The notes under the pieces: generated by a model | Databases searched by the model: none | What the model saw: only the letters and a program-made list of their open reading frames with translations | Told to the model about the DNA's origin: nothing | From: Macrostomum lignano | Lineage: Eukaryota | NCBI GenBank assembly: GCA_002269645.1 | Contig: NIVC01003589.1 | Span: 1-64,000, forward strand | Reading direction: 5' to 3' | Length of the DNA: 64,000 bases | Shown: positions 61,652 through 64,000 of the stretch, piece after piece | Position numbering within the stretch: position 1 is the first letter of the stretch | Layout: every line of letters starts with the position of its first letter | Made by a program: the position numbers and the translations under genes

Positions 61652-62870
61652 ATGGACAGGCGGGGTGACCTACGACGAATGGTTCTCTTGCCTGAAAGTG
61701 TCTACCATGTTTTATCCCAGCAGCAGCAGCAACAGCAGGAAGCGCCGCTTCTGCTGGATACCGGCGCACTGCGGCCTTTCCGGCAATGAGGCGGCAGACA
61801 GGGCGGCGGCCAGGGCGGCGGACCTCGACCAGCGACAAGTCCCGCTCCCGCTCAGTGCCGCCAGGACGGCGACACGCCACTCCAGACGCGCTCTTGATGA
61901 TCTGGCGGTCCCGACCCACTGGAAGCCACCGAGCCACCTCCCACGCCGCCTACAAGTTATTGTCAACCAGCTTAGAGCCGGCGCCAGCACCATCAACCGC
62001 AGCACTAGGTTCAGACTCGACATCGACACCTCGCCCGACTGCCTCGACTGCGGTGCGCTGGACACGGTTCAGCACGTCCTATTCGAGTGCCCCAGAGGCG
62101 ACCGCTTACGGGCAGCTCAAGGGCTCGCACCCGAGGACCTGATGGGGTTCCCAGATGCCATTATCGGGCTCATTCGCAGCATGGGGCGTCTGCCCCCCTC
62201 CAGATCGGCCGGTCCGCACACGGAGGCGCCTTGAAAAAGAAAGAAAGAAAGAAAAGGAAGCGCCGCCGCCACCGAGAAGGACCGAGCCACTAGACACCTC
62301 AAACGTTGCTCTGCAAAAGGATATCGTGTCTACGCAGCTAGAAATGGTGGCGAGATGGCGAAAAATCCGGTTTCGTTTCCGAAAGCTCAAATGAAACGCT
62401 CTGATTTGGAAAGCAAGTTGCTAAATTCTCGGCGAATACTGCAAAATGGGTCAAGTAGCGGTCCTGTTCGAGAGGTTGGTATTGAAGAAGCACCGAAATT
62501 TGTAATTCGGCTTCCGAAGGCATTCAAAAGGAGATACGATGCTCTTGTAAAAACTCTTTTCGAAGAAGAGGGTAGTTTTGCGGAGGCTCTTCCATCGTCT
62601 TTATCGGTGGAGAAAGTGAAAAAGTTGCTGGAGTATGTTGTCCGAGACAGACCGCTAAAAAGACATGGTAGTTCTCCCCCCTGTTGGCTTTAAATCTTTT
62701 TTGGATTTTTTGCGTAGACGTAACGTGCCTAATCGTCTTGTTGGTCAGCATGTGCGAGGACTCCTGCAGTCGTTTTTAAAGGGAATGACGACGACGAGGA
62801 GGAGGGTGTGAGCAACGTTGCTGCGTCGGACGATCTGAATGGTCTGGAACAATACGAGACCCTTGATTAG
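61652..62870 (+). pseudogene. Conserved Polinton hypothetical gene interrupted by a LINE fragment
   Basis: MDRRGDLRRMVLLPE...QQQE joins APPPPRRTEP across the TSD; downstream frameshifts. Confidence 0.5.
61749..62254 (+). mobile_element. 5'-truncated LINE (family C): RNase H C-terminus plus CCHC, (GAAA)n tail
   Basis: TSD aggaagcgccgc (61737-61748 / 62255-62266); WIPAHCGLSGNEAAD; CLDC..DTVQHVLFEC. Confidence 0.92.
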
Positions 62871-63113
62871 TATAAGCTTGTCAGGATTCGTTGATTTGAA
62901 AAGTATACGTGAGCCGATAAAAAATGTCGTCTGACGTTAGGCGTGGAATTTGTCTTTGCGTTTGTCGTTTTTTTGCTCGTCAACGCCTATGTTGCGCTCG
63001 ATTGGTGACTAGTTGCATTAAAAAGGAGGACGATCTTGCAGATCACACTGTGAACGTTCAAGCGAGTTTTAACTGCTGCAACACACAGGGCGGAGCTGTT
63101 TCGACCGATATTC

Positions 63114-63582
63114 ATGGAGGGGCGCGAGAATACCAACCACCAGATTCATAGTGCTGTACACGAGTTTCTTAATCGCCAGTTTTTTTACTTGGAGAATCCG
63201 TCTTCTTATTCTGGAAATAAAACGAGCTTGCTTCGGGCGGTGCGCAAGATATTCCCTCAGATTCGGCTAGGGGTTGCGCGAGACATTGTGTTCGATTGGA
63301 TAAGGTCAACTCAGAAGCACCATCTGTTTCAAAAGGCTCGACGGAATTTCCCTACACCAAAATTAGTGTCCCGCCTGTTGCTCGGTTTCAGTTTCAGATC
63401 GACTTGGCAGATATGCAGCAGTATCAGGCTGAGAATCGGAGTTATCGTTTCATCATGGTTTTAATTGACTGCTTCACTAGAGTTGTTCGTCTACGCGCAC
63501 TTCGCACCAAAAAACCTACGGAAGTGAGTCGAGTTTTACGCGATATTTTCAAGAGTGGTTTCAAGCCGCTGTATTTGCAGGG
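63114..63582 (+). pseudogene. Integrase of the family B element, frameshifted and interrupted by a family A TIR
   Basis: YLENPSSYSG, QFQIDLADM, VLIDCFTR, KPLYLQG then the TIR. Confidence 0.88.
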
Positions 63583-64000
63583 AGTAGAATGCATGAGGGA
63601 GCTTCTGGGACAAAATTTTTCACATCCTCCATAATCCCAATTAATCCATCCATATTATCCCTGACAGAATCAGAAGAAAGGGGGGTCGCACTCGCTCACA
63701 AAACGTCCTCCATAATCCCATTAAATCCATCCATATTATCCCTGACAGAATCAGAGCATAACAGGTGTCCTAGTTGCTCCGAAAACTTCGAACATAATCC
63801 TCTTAAATCCATCCATATTATCCCTGAATCAGAGGGTCCTACTCGCTCACAAAACGTCATCCATAATCCCCCTAACCTATCCTCCTTCCTCCACGACAGA
63901 ATCAGAGCATAACAGGTGTCCTACATAATCCACTGACATCCACCCATAGCATATTCGAAACAATCAGAAAATAATCTGCATTCTTCTCCCCACATTTAAT
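63583..64000 (+). mobile_element. Left TIR of a third family A Polinton copy (continues beyond the window)
   Basis: Starts agtagaatgcatgagggagcttctgggac; ~4 VNTR units. Confidence 0.92.

Overview
Eukaryotic (probably animal) DNA made almost entirely of nested mobile elements; no host gene is recognisable. Three distinct Polinton/Maverick (adintovirus-like) families are present. Family C (1-~10.9 kb, minus strand) carries fiber-like, adenain protease, penton, packaging ATPase, major capsid and PLA2 genes. Family B (GC-richer, ~10.9-63.6 kb) carries pPolB, dUTPase, PLA2, ATPase, penton, core-protein and integrase genes. Family A is present as three copies. A 43,179-bp family A element (TIRs starting AGTAGAATGCATG, TSD caagct) splits the pPolB of B. 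An inverted 16.4-kb family A copy splits the pPolB of that element. A third family A TIR starts at 63583 inside the integrase of B. Several APE-RT-RNase H non-LTR retrotransposons (one nested in another), two 5'-truncated LINE fragments and a tRNA-derived CORE-like SINE are inserted into the Polinton sequence. Most viral genes have stops or frameshifts, some possibly assembly errors. Highlights: a swappable sub-terminal cassette (homologous helical protein gene plus its own palindrome array, one version with a perfect heat-shock element), a GT-AG intron that restores the frame of a Polinton polymerase, and repeated Polinton-into-Polinton insertion. All identities and alignments were made by eye; no searches were run.
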